Of a stretch of 64,000 nt of DNA, positions 1-9,005 are shown piece after piece. The notes beneath the pieces were generated by a model, which saw only the letters and a program-made list of their open reading frames with translations, was not told the DNA's origin and ran no database searches. The translations under genes and the position numbers were made by a program. Each line of letters starts with the position of its first letter. The stretch's first letter is position 1. The DNA comes from a virus: positions 52,674 to 116,673 of the IMG/VR virus record IMGVR_UViG_3300028654_000012; one strand, given 5' to 3'.

Positions 1-115
1 TAGCGTTCGCCGGTCTAAGCTCAAAAAGCTTCCGACCTCCCCGACTGCCTAAGATCACCTAAGAAGTCGCGTCGCCCTCCGCGCGAGTAAGAAATACGGA
101 GGGCACCTATTTTAT

Positions 116-523
116 ATGTTAAAAATTAAGCGTGATAAGTCTTTAGATCAGACAACACCCACCGAATTCGTCAAGTACTTCGTAGGAAAATACCGCCAAG
201 AACTCAAAGCAGATTACCCTGTGAACTACGCACGAGACTGTGTTATTATGTCTCAGGTTTTAGATAAGTTTTATAAAGAGGGTAAGGCGCGTAAAGATGT
301 ATTTCCCTTCATTGACGAAATGTTTGCATCCTATAACGATCGCCCGAGAACGCTACCAATTGATATTAGATTTCTATTAGCTGCAGCTCCTTCTTATTTT
401 AAAAATGGTGGAGATCTTGCCTCTAAAAAGGTAAAGAATAGTAAGATCGAAATAACTCCCGAGCTTAAGGACTGGCTTGTGAAAGAAAAAGAGAAGTGGT
501 TAAAAAAATCTAATGCTAAGTGA
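116..523 (+). CDS. Hypothetical protein, possibly replication initiator/loader partner
   Basis: ORF overlapping the DnaC-like loader start; function inferred from position only. Confidence 0.35.
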   Translation: MLKIKRDKSLDQTTPTEFVKYFVGKYRQELKADYPVNYARDCVIMSQVLDKFYKEGKARKDVFPFIDEMFASYNDRPRTLPIDIRFLLAAAPSYFKNGGDLASKKVKNSKIEITPELKDWLVKEKEKWLKKSNAK

Positions 524-1205
524 ACGCGATAAAAAGAAGCTGGCGCTTCTTAAAGAACAACTAATTTCAGTCTGTCCTAAGTGTAATGGGACAGCTATAG
601 GTTGTTCATGCCTAGACGCTTTTCGGGTAGAGTTCAGAAAGGTTAAATCTAATTTACCTGCCAAGTACAGATCAGCAAAGGTAGAAGATATTACACACCC
701 TCAAATTCTAAAAGCTAGACAAGCTTTACAGGACTACGTAAATAAAGTAACGGAACATCGAGCATCAGGCATGGGATTAGTATTATATGGGTCTACAGGA
801 CTAGGAAAGACCTATCTGGCTAGTGCAGTTTTAAACGAAGCATTTAAGTTCGGGTACACAGGATATTTTACTACTTTAGACAGGTGTGTTAACGAGTACG
901 CGAGTGGATGGAAAGATATAGATTTAAAAATGGAATTCACATCATCAGTTCTAGAAAAAGACTTTCTAGTACTAGATGAGGTAGGTAATGAATCTAGAAC
1001 CAATGTAGCCCTAGTAAGAGGGTGTCTTAATGATATTCTAAGACATAGATCAAATAGTTTACTACCTACGATTATAACGTCTAATTTAGCTTTTGAAAAG
1101 TTCGCAACTGCATACGGCGAGGAAGTATACTCACTACTGCACGAGTCAAGCATTCCTGTCCCTTTCGAAGGAATAGATTTTAGGAAGGGGATGACCCAAG
1201 TATGA
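513..1205 (+). CDS. DnaC/DnaI-like helicase loader (AAA+)
   Basis: N-terminal CPKC..CSC Zn site, Walker A GSTGLGKT, Walker B LVLDEVG, sensor TSNL. Confidence 0.85.
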   Translation: MLSERDKKKLALLKEQLISVCPKCNGTAIGCSCLDAFRVEFRKVKSNLPAKYRSAKVEDITHPQILKARQALQDYVNKVTEHRASGMGLVLYGSTGLGKTYLASAVLNEAFKFGYTGYFTTLDRCVNEYASGWKDIDLKMEFTSSVLEKDFLVLDEVGNESRTNVALVRGCLNDILRHRSNSLLPTIITSNLAFEKFATAYGEEVYSLLHESSIPVPFEGIDFRKGMTQV

Positions 1206-2134
1206 GCGCGAAATCTAGGCCGGGAAACGCAATAGCCGAAAGAACTAGAAGATTTGATTTTGGGGAGGAAGAACCTACCTCCAGAGAATACTGTCAGTAT
1301 AGTATTCTGGAGAACGGCCAATATACGTTAGGGCTATCTACAGTGCCTAAGCTTCCCTCAGGTGCTTATAATATAGAGTGGACACCTCAAAATGGTATCG
1401 TCTTTAAAAAGAGAGTAATCAAGGGAGACGAATTCCTTAACCTGGAAGAATCTCTGTCAGGTAATTTATTTAAGGAGATCACCCAATTCTGGCAGAAGGG
1501 GCCTATCTTTAAGAAGTATGGATTACTCCATCGCAGAGGCTACCTTCTTTATGGTCCTCAAGGATCGGGAAAATCTAGTATCATCTCTCAGACAGTACAT
1601 GAGCTAGCCACTAGAGAAAATGGGGTCTCTTTTATCTGTGATCAGGTAGGTGTAATGGCCGACGCTCTTTCTTCTTTTAGAAAGGTAGAACCTGATAGAC
1701 CTGCCATCTGCGTCTTCGAAGACATTGATGACATCATTGAGCACCAAAATGAGGCGGTTCTATTATCAATGCTAGACGGAGAAACTCAGATAGATAAGGT
1801 GATTAACATCGCTACTACTAATTATCCCGAGAAGCTCGAAGATAGAATTATTGCTCGGCCGCGTAGATTTGATAGGGTGATTAAAGTAGATATGCCTAAT
1901 TCCAACCTGAGACGTGCATACTTTAAAGAGAAGTTAAACTTAGGTGTTGAAGATCTAAATAAGTGGACGTCTGACACAGAAGGTTTGTCTTTCGCGTGCT
2001 TAACTGAATTAGTGATTAGCGTAAAATGCCTTGACCATGATTACGATGAAACTTTAAAGACGCTGAGAGGCATCTTAAAGTCCAAAGTATCCAGCAAGGA
2101 CGATGTAAGTAAACCAGGATTTGCACTCAGCTAA
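1202..2134 (+). CDS. AAA+ ATPase
   Basis: LLYGPQGSGKS, VFEDID, ATTNYPEKL..RPRRFD (second region of homology). Confidence 0.85.
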   Translation: MSAKSRPGNAIAERTRRFDFGEEEPTSREYCQYSILENGQYTLGLSTVPKLPSGAYNIEWTPQNGIVFKKRVIKGDEFLNLEESLSGNLFKEITQFWQKGPIFKKYGLLHRRGYLLYGPQGSGKSSIISQTVHELATRENGVSFICDQVGVMADALSSFRKVEPDRPAICVFEDIDDIIEHQNEAVLLSMLDGETQIDKVINIATTNYPEKLEDRIIARPRRFDRVIKVDMPNSNLRRAYFKEKLNLGVEDLNKWTSDTEGLSFACLTELVISVKCLDHDYDETLKTLRGILKSKVSSKDDVSKPGFALS

Positions 2135-3486
2135 TGAATATTACTTTAGAAAAAACATTCCTTAAGAAATCCCTTTCGTCACTGACAGGGTTTCAGGAAC
2201 TGCCTCAGCTTCAGTTTACGGATGAACTTCTTCAGGACCAGACGTGTCGCAAGTTATATGAAGTAGCCAACTGGTATTATACTAAATACCAGAACCTAGT
2301 CTCTGCCGATACTCTTAAACTTCTACTAGATAAGTCTACAAAGATCGACGGACCTTCTAAGGAAAGAGTCTTCTTACTATATACTGAACTTCAAAATACA
2401 TCTGATCCTGCGGATCAGAATATTAAGTTTGTAGTTGATCAGTTAAAGGATGAGAGGCGTAAAGATTTACTGAAAGAAACGCTACTAGTATCTGCTAATA
2501 ACTTTGAATCAGGTAAAGTAGATCAAGCTTTGTTAGATTTAAAGAAGGGTATTAACAAGATTGAATTAAACATCAAGGAAGACATTAGAGAGGGATATCT
2601 CCATGAATCTTCTGACTCCCGCTGGGATAGATATCAGGATATCAAGAATAACCCTGACAAGTTTAAAGGTATTCCTATTGGATTTCCTTCATTAGATATA
2701 ACTACTAACGGAATCAGACCTGGACAGTTAATGGTTGTTATTGCAGGAGTAAAAGAAGGTAAGTCAACGTTTCTTTTAAACGCCGCATACCACGCCTCAA
2801 TAATGGGCTACAAGGTTTTGTATGTTTCAGTTGAAATGCCTAAGGAGCAGATAGAGAGACGCTATGACGCTAGAGATAGCGGTCTTTCTTATAGCCGGAT
2901 TAGAGATGGTAGATTAACTCCTGCCGAAGAGAAGATATATCAGGAGTGTATTACACGACAGAAGGGTAGACCTGGTAAATTCTATACCCTCGACGCCCAT
3001 GACTGCTCTACGTCGTACCTAAAATCTAAGCTGTTAAGCTTCCCGTATAAGTTTGATCTAGTAGTCGTTGATTACTTAACTTTGATTAAGTCTTCTAAAG
3101 CAGGCCAATCAAGTAGAGAGATGTGGCAAACCGTAGGAGATATCACGTACGAGATACGCGACATTGCGCGAGAACTGAATGTTCCGATCATCACTGCGGC
3201 ACAGGCAAATCGCGATGGAATGAAAGAATCTAAGTACAAGTATGGCGTCGAAAATATCGGGCTATCTCACTTAATCTCCGCCCATGCAGATACTCTAATC
3301 TCACTACGCCTGGTAGATAGAGATGAGCTCGAGATTAACGATGTAGTAGAAATGACTGCCGCTACTATTGCTGTACGCGATGATAAAGCTTGCCGATTCA
3401 CATTGGACGCTTGCTTCGATAAAATGCTGTTAGTTGAAAGACAGTTGCGCTTAACTGGAGATACTACTCCTAGTAGATCTTACTAA
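2134..3486 (+). CDS. dnaB: Replicative DnaB-like helicase
   Basis: GVKEGKST Walker A, SVEM, VVVDYL, AAQANR motifs. Confidence 0.9.
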   Translation: MNITLEKTFLKKSLSSLTGFQELPQLQFTDELLQDQTCRKLYEVANWYYTKYQNLVSADTLKLLLDKSTKIDGPSKERVFLLYTELQNTSDPADQNIKFVVDQLKDERRKDLLKETLLVSANNFESGKVDQALLDLKKGINKIELNIKEDIREGYLHESSDSRWDRYQDIKNNPDKFKGIPIGFPSLDITTNGIRPGQLMVVIAGVKEGKSTFLLNAAYHASIMGYKVLYVSVEMPKEQIERRYDARDSGLSYSRIRDGRLTPAEEKIYQECITRQKGRPGKFYTLDAHDCSTSYLKSKLLSFPYKFDLVVVDYLTLIKSSKAGQSSREMWQTVGDITYEIRDIARELNVPIITAAQANRDGMKESKYKYGVENIGLSHLISAHADTLISLRLVDRDELEINDVVEMTAATIAVRDDKACRFTLDACFDKMLLVERQLRLTGDTTPSRSY

Positions 3487-3489
3487 GTA

Positions 3490-3520
3490 CCCGCAACAAA
3501 CTTCTAAATTGCTCGTATAA
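3490..3520 (+). promoter_or_regulatory. Candidate phage promoter GCAACAA-N14-CGTATAA
   Basis: Same bipartite motif and spacing at 8969-8999 (+) and 45353-45384 (-), each upstream of a start codon. Confidence 0.6.
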
Positions 3521-3548
3521 GATATAAGAAGGATAATTTAGGAGTAAT

Positions 3549-4244
3549 ATGTCAAAAGCAACCGAAGCGCAAAAAGCCCACTTAAATCAAGTTAACGCAG
3601 ATCTGATGCCCATCTTTTTCAAGTATCATGATACTAAAATCAAATTACAAACAGTAACGGATCCAATTATTAAAGACGCTCTTGAGTATGATGCAATTCA
3701 ATATCGTAATCAAGCGGTTGAAAAAGTATTGGCGGAGCTGAGCGATTATCTCGATTCATTAATATATAGTTGGAATAACCATTTTGATTATAGTGAAGCT
3801 AAGTCATATGCGTACGAGAACCTATTAGAAGCGGTACAGAGATATAATCCTCACGTAACGCCTTTTTGCAAGTTCACTTCGTTCTTTTATATGTATAATC
3901 AAAACATTTTTAAGAATCTTTTAATTGGAACTCGGGCAAAGAAGAGGGACGTTTTTAAGACAGATTCACTTGACGCAACATGGGAAAGTTCTAGTGATGA
4001 TATTGACACACCTAAGATATCTGAAACTAATTTAAAAGATACTCCTTCCGAAGATCCTTCCGCTCAGTTAGAGACCAAATTAATAGTCCAAGAACTTTAT
4101 AAGAAAGCTTCTCCTAAGCAAAAGAGAATCTTAAAGAGATTATACTTTGGATATAGCCGTGCTGACATCGCTCGATCCTTAAAGATGTCTCAGACACGAA
4201 TTAATTCTTTAATCAATCAACTACCTGCTCTTCTAGAGAAATAA
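3549..4244 (+). CDS. Phage sigma-70-like factor
   Basis: Region 2-like LLEAVQRYNP..KFTSFFY and region 4 HTH GYSRADIARSLKMSQTRI. Confidence 0.8.
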   Translation: MSKATEAQKAHLNQVNADLMPIFFKYHDTKIKLQTVTDPIIKDALEYDAIQYRNQAVEKVLAELSDYLDSLIYSWNNHFDYSEAKSYAYENLLEAVQRYNPHVTPFCKFTSFFYMYNQNIFKNLLIGTRAKKRDVFKTDSLDATWESSSDDIDTPKISETNLKDTPSEDPSAQLETKLIVQELYKKASPKQKRILKRLYFGYSRADIARSLKMSQTRINSLINQLPALLEK

Positions 4245-4324
4245 TGCATCTTCTATTTTTAATTACTCTTGAAGTAATAGGGCTCCTTGGCTTATTAGCT
4301 TTAGTTGTCATTCTCACAATGTAA
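4244..4324 (+). CDS. 26-aa transmembrane microprotein (not in ORF track)
   Basis: MHLLFLITLEVIGLLGLLALVVILTM; TAATG overlap with the sigma stop codon. Confidence 0.5.
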   Translation: MHLLFLITLEVIGLLGLLALVVILTM

Positions 4325-4328
4325 ATTT

Positions 4329-4811
4329 ATGGACATATTCGACGTTCTAGATAAATATAAAGTAGACTACCAAGCGCAGGGCACGCTATACGTAGCCTAT
4401 TGCCCTTTCCATGATGACGCAGGTAGACCTAACTTCACTATATATCCTACTACGGATAGCTATTTTTGCTACGCATGTAAGAAAGGAGGGGGCCCTGTAG
4501 AATTTGTAATGGCGGCAGAGGGTAAAACTAAAGAAGAAGCTACTCTCATAGTTCATGAAGACTTATCTTTCTTAATTAAGAAGTTAGAAGAAGAGCCTCC
4601 TACGCACCCTGTTAACGATGAGGCTAATCTTCAATTAAGTATCCAAATTAGAGACTTCTTAAAAGATAACCCCAATAAGATATCTAAGGTACTAGGAATT
4701 TGTCGTAGGGTAGATGATACTTTAAATAAAGGACCTCTTACCCGTGAAGAAGCCGCTGATTTAACTCAGAGGGTTACTAAAGTTTTAAGTTCGTTAAATG
4801 ACAAGATGTAA
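4329..4811 (+). CDS. Stand-alone primase CHC2 zinc-binding domain protein
   Basis: CPFHDD..PNF..YFCYAC; ATG at 4329 preferred over the track start at 4305. Confidence 0.8.
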   Translation: MDIFDVLDKYKVDYQAQGTLYVAYCPFHDDAGRPNFTIYPTTDSYFCYACKKGGGPVEFVMAAEGKTKEEATLIVHEDLSFLIKKLEEEPPTHPVNDEANLQLSIQIRDFLKDNPNKISKVLGICRRVDDTLNKGPLTREEAADLTQRVTKVLSSLNDKM

Positions 4812-4843
4812 TATTATAAGGTAGCATATTTAAAGAGGATAAC

Positions 4844-5527
4844 ATGAAAACAATTTTGATTTATAGCGGCGGACTTGACTCAACCACTTTGCTTTACCAG
4901 TTGAAAGCGCAGGGACGTGACGTTAAGGCCCTCTCTATCAACTACGGTCAGCGTCATTCAAAGGAACTAGATTTCGCTAAGAGAAACTGCGATGCGCTGG
5001 GAGTGGAGCACCGAACGGTAGATCTCTCTTCTCTTAAACCCTTACTGGGGGGAAGTTCTCAGACGGATGCTAGTGTAGCTGTTCCCGAAGGTCATTATGC
5101 CGCGGAGAACATGAAACTCACGGTAGTGCCTAATCGTAACATGCTTATGTTATCCGTAGCAGCTGCCTGGGCGATTGCGGAAAAGGCTGATACTATTGCC
5201 TACGCGGCGCACTCCGGAGATCATGCTATCTACCCTGACTGTCGTGAAGAGTTTGTAGATGCTTTGAACAAGGCGTTAGGATTAGCTGATTGGCATACCG
5301 TTCAGATCGAGAGACCTTTTATCAACATCTCTAAATCTGATATTGTTAAGTTGGGCAACGATCTTAAGGTACCTTTTGCAGATACTTGGAGTTGCTACAA
5401 GGGTGGAGATAAAGCCTGCGGAGTATGTGGTACGTGTTACGAGAGGCGCGAAGCTTTCGTAGAGGCCGGCGTTACGGACCCTACTCCTTATCTAGACTCT
5501 ACTACTAAGTTTCAGGTCCCGGCATAA
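4844..5527 (+). CDS. queC: 7-cyano-7-deazaguanine synthase
   Basis: SGGLDS, YGQRH, VPNRN, YPDC, CYKGG..CGVCGTC. Confidence 0.95.
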   Translation: MKTILIYSGGLDSTTLLYQLKAQGRDVKALSINYGQRHSKELDFAKRNCDALGVEHRTVDLSSLKPLLGGSSQTDASVAVPEGHYAAENMKLTVVPNRNMLMLSVAAAWAIAEKADTIAYAAHSGDHAIYPDCREEFVDALNKALGLADWHTVQIERPFINISKSDIVKLGNDLKVPFADTWSCYKGGDKACGVCGTCYERREAFVEAGVTDPTPYLDSTTKFQVPA

Positions 5528-5528
5528 T

Positions 5529-5708
5529 ATGAGTATTAAGAAATCTAAATACTACCTAGTAAAGCATATGGCTGGCCCCGACATCATTAAGACAAATGAT
5601 AAGAGGAAGATTAAGGCTTGGCTTACTAAATTCTATGAGGATTGTTCAAATCCCCCGGATCTAAATAGGCATATCTCCATACGTGAAATCGAAGTAATAT
5701 CTGTATAA
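5529..5708 (+). CDS. Hypothetical protein (59 aa, not in track)
   Basis: Open frame filling the gap after queC. Confidence 0.5.
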   Translation: MSIKKSKYYLVKHMAGPDIIKTNDKRKIKAWLTKFYEDCSNPPDLNRHISIREIEVISV

Positions 5709-5713
5709 ATATC

Positions 5714-5959
5714 ATGAAAGAAAAACTAACTAAGCGGTACTCAAGAAAGCTATCCTATAAATACGCCTCAGAAGAGTTCTCTACGGAACTAACCCGAGAA
5801 GTAGATTATAATACTAAAGACGAATTCTTAGCTGCTAGTGAGAAGCTCGCCGCTCAAGTTAAGGCTCTGACAGCCCGAGATCTAGAGAAGCATTCTGAAC
5901 TTTTGAAAGAAGCTGTCGAAAACGGCGACGCTGTTAAAACACAGGAAACTACAGTTTAA
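5714..5959 (+). CDS. Hypothetical protein
   Basis: ORF in operon context. Confidence 0.6.
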   Translation: MKEKLTKRYSRKLSYKYASEEFSTELTREVDYNTKDEFLAASEKLAAQVKALTARDLEKHSELLKEAVENGDAVKTQETTV

Positions 5960-5962
5960 TTT

Positions 5963-6505
5963 ATGATGACCGTTGAACAGAGACGAGAACTTTTACAGGA
6001 GATTAACTCCATACGTCTATCTCTCGATAGTGATCCTGCTACTACAGGTCTTAGTCTCGTTAATGGCAAGATTGCTGAGATTCATGCCCATAAAGAGAGA
6101 GTAGGGCATATCTTATCTCAGGCCATTGAAAACGAGAGGGAAGCTAACAGACTACTCAATGAAGCTAAACTTGAGCACGAGATTAAGCTAAATAAGATTC
6201 TCGCTACTGATGAGACTGTAAGAACTCAGAAATCTCAGGATATGCGTATAGTGGCGGGTAATGCCTTAATTCCAGCTGAATACCTTCGCGTAAGACAGCT
6301 AGAAATAGAAGCGGCTGATGCCGACGCTTTCCATAAGATAGTTCAAGCCAAGTACAATCATCTAGAAGGAACTAACTCTAGCGTTTCTAGACAGATCACT
6401 GTAATTCAGTTACAGTTAGAGATTGGTGAAATTGAACGCAGATTTCCCGGTCAATGGCAGGCAGCTCCTGGACAAGGTCGTACAATAACAGTCAAAGGAA
6501 GCTAA
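5963..6505 (+). CDS. Coiled-coil hypothetical protein (possible recombination mediator)
   Basis: Helical sequence near the SSB-like and recA genes; function is inference. Confidence 0.5.
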   Translation: MMTVEQRRELLQEINSIRLSLDSDPATTGLSLVNGKIAEIHAHKERVGHILSQAIENEREANRLLNEAKLEHEIKLNKILATDETVRTQKSQDMRIVAGNALIPAEYLRVRQLEIEAADADAFHKIVQAKYNHLEGTNSSVSRQITVIQLQLEIGEIERRFPGQWQAAPGQGRTITVKGS

Positions 6506-6681
6506 TGGCCCGAATTGGTCTTAAGGCTCTAGGCGTTAATCTAGACCCTATTAAACATCTTACGATAGAAGAAGTATTCGGTTCAGGAATTGTTGCAGTA
6601 ACAGAATGTAATAAGAAGTGGTGGAAGATAATTAGAGATAAGGATCTTAAAATTAAATTGGACGTTAAGGGAGTAAAGTAA
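6505..6681 (+). CDS. Hypothetical protein
   Basis: TAATG-coupled start at 6505. Confidence 0.5.
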   Translation: MARIGLKALGVNLDPIKHLTIEEVFGSGIVAVTECNKKWWKIIRDKDLKIKLDVKGVK

Positions 6682-6682
6682 C

Positions 6683-7168
6683 ATGGGTTTTAAAATTAAG
6701 AAAGAAAAGGACATCGAAGAGGGAGATTATCTCGCTCGTTTGTCAGATGCACAGCCTCACACAGGAGCCTTCGGCCCTTGTATTAAGTTTCAGTTTGAGG
6801 TCGTGGAAGGTGAATTTGCTGGACAGGAAGTCTCAATGATTCGTCCTGCACGTCTTGCAATGGGTAATAAGCTTGACAGAACGCTTCAGGAGATGGGTTT
6901 AGATACATCACAAATCACTGACGAAGTGGATGTAGATGTACTGAAGGGTAAGGTGTTCAAGGTTCGCATCGAGAACAAGACTAGTACAAAGGGTAAGGTG
7001 TTTGCTAACGTAATCACTGCGCGCCCGGTCTCCGGTGGATACTCTGCTCCCGTAGCTGCCACTCCTTCAACTCCTGCAGCTCCTCAGCCTCAGGTTCTAC
7101 GGTCAGCGCCGCCAGCTAGACCTCAGGTAAATGCTTCTCAGCCTCCAATCGAAGACGTACCTTTCTAA
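6683..7168 (+). CDS. Single-stranded DNA-binding protein-like (OB fold, DUF669/gp2.5-like)
   Basis: Beta-rich core, Pro/Ala linker, acidic-aromatic tail IEDVPF; upstream of recA. Confidence 0.65.
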   Translation: MGFKIKKEKDIEEGDYLARLSDAQPHTGAFGPCIKFQFEVVEGEFAGQEVSMIRPARLAMGNKLDRTLQEMGLDTSQITDEVDVDVLKGKVFKVRIENKTSTKGKVFANVITARPVSGGYSAPVAATPSTPAAPQPQVLRSAPPARPQVNASQPPIEDVPF

Positions 7169-7180
7169 TAGGAGATCAAG

Positions 7181-7291
7181 ATGAGTGAAATGGAACAAGC
7201 TAACGTAGAGCATTTGAGAGCTCAGACAAGACTTATCAATGCTCAAGCCGCAAGTCTCGAAGCAGAACTACGTAATAAATATACGAAGTAA
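7181..7291 (+). CDS. Small hypothetical protein (36 aa, not in track)
   Basis: AGGAG RBS; MSEMEQANVEHLRAQTRLINAQAASLEAELRNKYTK. Confidence 0.55.
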   Translation: MSEMEQANVEHLRAQTRLINAQAASLEAELRNKYTK

Positions 7292-7304
7292 ATAAGGGGA
7301 AATC

Positions 7305-8297
7305 ATGGACACTAAGTCGCTAAAAAGCACTTTAGATCAGATTGAAAAGGATTTGGGCCTAAAGGTACAGAAGCTGTCGGATGCTCCACCTTTAGATATC
7401 GAAACTATTAGATCGGGATCTTTCCTGCTGGACGATGCCTTAGGTGTTCCAGGATATCCTCGTGGTAGAATTATCGAAGTCTTTGGTGCTCCTTCAGGCG
7501 GAAAGACCTCCCTTGCTTTGGCCGCAGTCGCGGAAGCTCAGCGGGGTGGAGGCGTTGCTGCATTTATTGATGTAGAACATGCATTCAGTAAGCAGTACGC
7601 ACGTGATCTGGGAGTGGATGTAGATAATCTATACTTTGTACAACCTGATTACGGCGAGCAAGCTCTAGAGACTCTTGAACGACTCATTGCCTCGAATGCC
7701 TTTGATATCATCGTCTTAGACAGTACTGCAGCTCTAGTGCCTAAGGCGGAGTTGGATGAGGATATGGAAAAACAGTCAATGGGGCTCCAAGCGCGACTCT
7801 TGAGCAAAGCTTGCCGCAAGATTACTCCTATCATTGGTAAGACGAAGACGGTAGTAATCTTTATTAACCAGATTCGTCAGAGCATGTCTATGTACGGATC
7901 CCCTACTACAACTCCTGGAGGAGAAGCTCTCAAGTTCTACAGCTCCGTCCGTCTGAGTGTTAGAAAGGTATCGGGCTCGGAATTGAAAGAAGGGTCTAAT
8001 ATCTTAGGTCATAAGATGGCTATCAACGTAGTCAAGAATAAAGTAGCCCCTCCTATGAAGACGGCTGAACTTACCTTCCTATATGGTAAGGGCATTGATA
8101 GAGTTACCGATCTAATCGAGTACGCTCTAGATAAGGGGTTCTTAGAACATAAAGGGCATACCTATATCTTCGAAGATCAGAAGTGGGTAGGTAGAGAGAA
8201 TGCTGCCGAAGGCATTCGTAATAATCCTGAGATCTATAAAGCTATCGCTCAGAAGGTAATGGATACTCAGGGGACAAAAGCTACAGCGAGTAACTAA
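7305..8297 (+). CDS. recA: RecA recombinase
   Basis: GAPSGGKT, FIDVEH, VLDSTAALVPKAE, FINQIR, TTPGGEALKFYSSVRL, KNKVAPP. Confidence 0.97.
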   Translation: MDTKSLKSTLDQIEKDLGLKVQKLSDAPPLDIETIRSGSFLLDDALGVPGYPRGRIIEVFGAPSGGKTSLALAAVAEAQRGGGVAAFIDVEHAFSKQYARDLGVDVDNLYFVQPDYGEQALETLERLIASNAFDIIVLDSTAALVPKAELDEDMEKQSMGLQARLLSKACRKITPIIGKTKTVVIFINQIRQSMSMYGSPTTTPGGEALKFYSSVRLSVRKVSGSELKEGSNILGHKMAINVVKNKVAPPMKTAELTFLYGKGIDRVTDLIEYALDKGFLEHKGHTYIFEDQKWVGRENAAEGIRNNPEIYKAIAQKVMDTQGTKATASN

Positions 8298-8803
8298 TGA
8301 CTGCTCTCACTTCAACAGACGGAACTACTTTTACTATAAACCTTCCTACTAATAGTTCTACTACTACCTCTGCATCCACTGCATCCACTGCATCCACTGC
8401 AGGAGTTTGTATTAGTAATAGTGGGGGTGGAGGTCAGTTAGGAACTTACGGTCCTTGTATACATGGTAACTATGGTCAATGCTATACCTGTTACCCCTCA
8501 TATACTCAGACATGTACGTGCGCCGTATATGGTTCTGTATGCCCCATACATACTCTTCAAAATAGCGGCTCAATAACTGTTACCCCCTCATGGACTACTT
8601 GGCCTCCTGCTCCTCCGGCCGTAGACCTACACGCTAAAGAAGGTCATGCTGTTACCCACGAAATGGTGACCGACTCTAAAGGATTAAAGATAGTATTTAA
8701 ATGTTCTTTCTGCTCTGAAGTTATCTATAAAAAGTACATAGTTCGAATCCCTCGAAAAGTCAGAGAAGAAAAATGTCTAGTAAGAGTACTCAACCACAGG
8801 TAG
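8297..8803 (+). CDS. Ser/Thr- and Cys-rich hypothetical protein
   Basis: Low-complexity N-terminus, several Cys clusters, C-terminal CSFC. Confidence 0.55.
   Translation: MTALTSTDGTTFTINLPTNSSTTTSASTASTASTAGVCISNSGGGGQLGTYGPCIHGNYGQCYTCYPSYTQTCTCAVYGSVCPIHTLQNSGSITVTPSWTTWPPAPPAVDLHAKEGHAVTHEMVTDSKGLKIVFKCSFCSEVIYKKYIVRIPRKVREEKCLVRVLNHR
8370..8401 (+). repeat. 9-bp tandem repeat (CTGCATCCA) x3.5, in frame
   Basis: Exact repeats encoding ASTASTAST. Confidence 0.9.
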
Positions 8804-8982
8804 AGTCGTGGCTTTGCTGTACTCTTACCCCTGAACTTATCTGCGCTAGATGTGGATTACTTGTTTGTGAAGCACATTCAACCGTAGGCGGATTCAGAGA
8901 AGTTTGGGAGAGAACAGGTCCTTGCCCTAAAGATCCTGAAGAGATGGGTCATTATTGGCACGTATCGCCCCGCAACAATTAA
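8773..8982 (+). CDS. LCC-family Cys-rich (B-box-like) microprotein
   Basis: WLCCTLTPELICARCGLLVCEAH. Confidence 0.65.
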   Translation: MSSKSTQPQVESWLCCTLTPELICARCGLLVCEAHSTVGGFREVWERTGPCPKDPEEMGHYWHVSPRNN

Positions 8983-8999
8983 TACGATTACTCGTATTA
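8969..8999 (+). promoter_or_regulatory. Candidate phage promoter GCAACAA-N14-CGTATTA with overlapping 8-bp palindrome
   Basis: Motif copy upstream of queE; TAATACGA-ttac-TCGTATTA inverted repeat at 8980-8999. Confidence 0.6.
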
Positions 9000-9005
9000 T
9001 AAAAT

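Noticed and set aside
4811-4843. preQ1 riboswitch upstream of queC (or queE/queD)
   Set aside because: Leaders are too short and show no preQ1 stem or A-rich pseudoknot pattern
8741-8751. GTTCGAATCCC resembling a tRNA T-loop
   Set aside because: Lies in a coding frame, and the upstream sequence gives no D-arm, anticodon arm or acceptor stem
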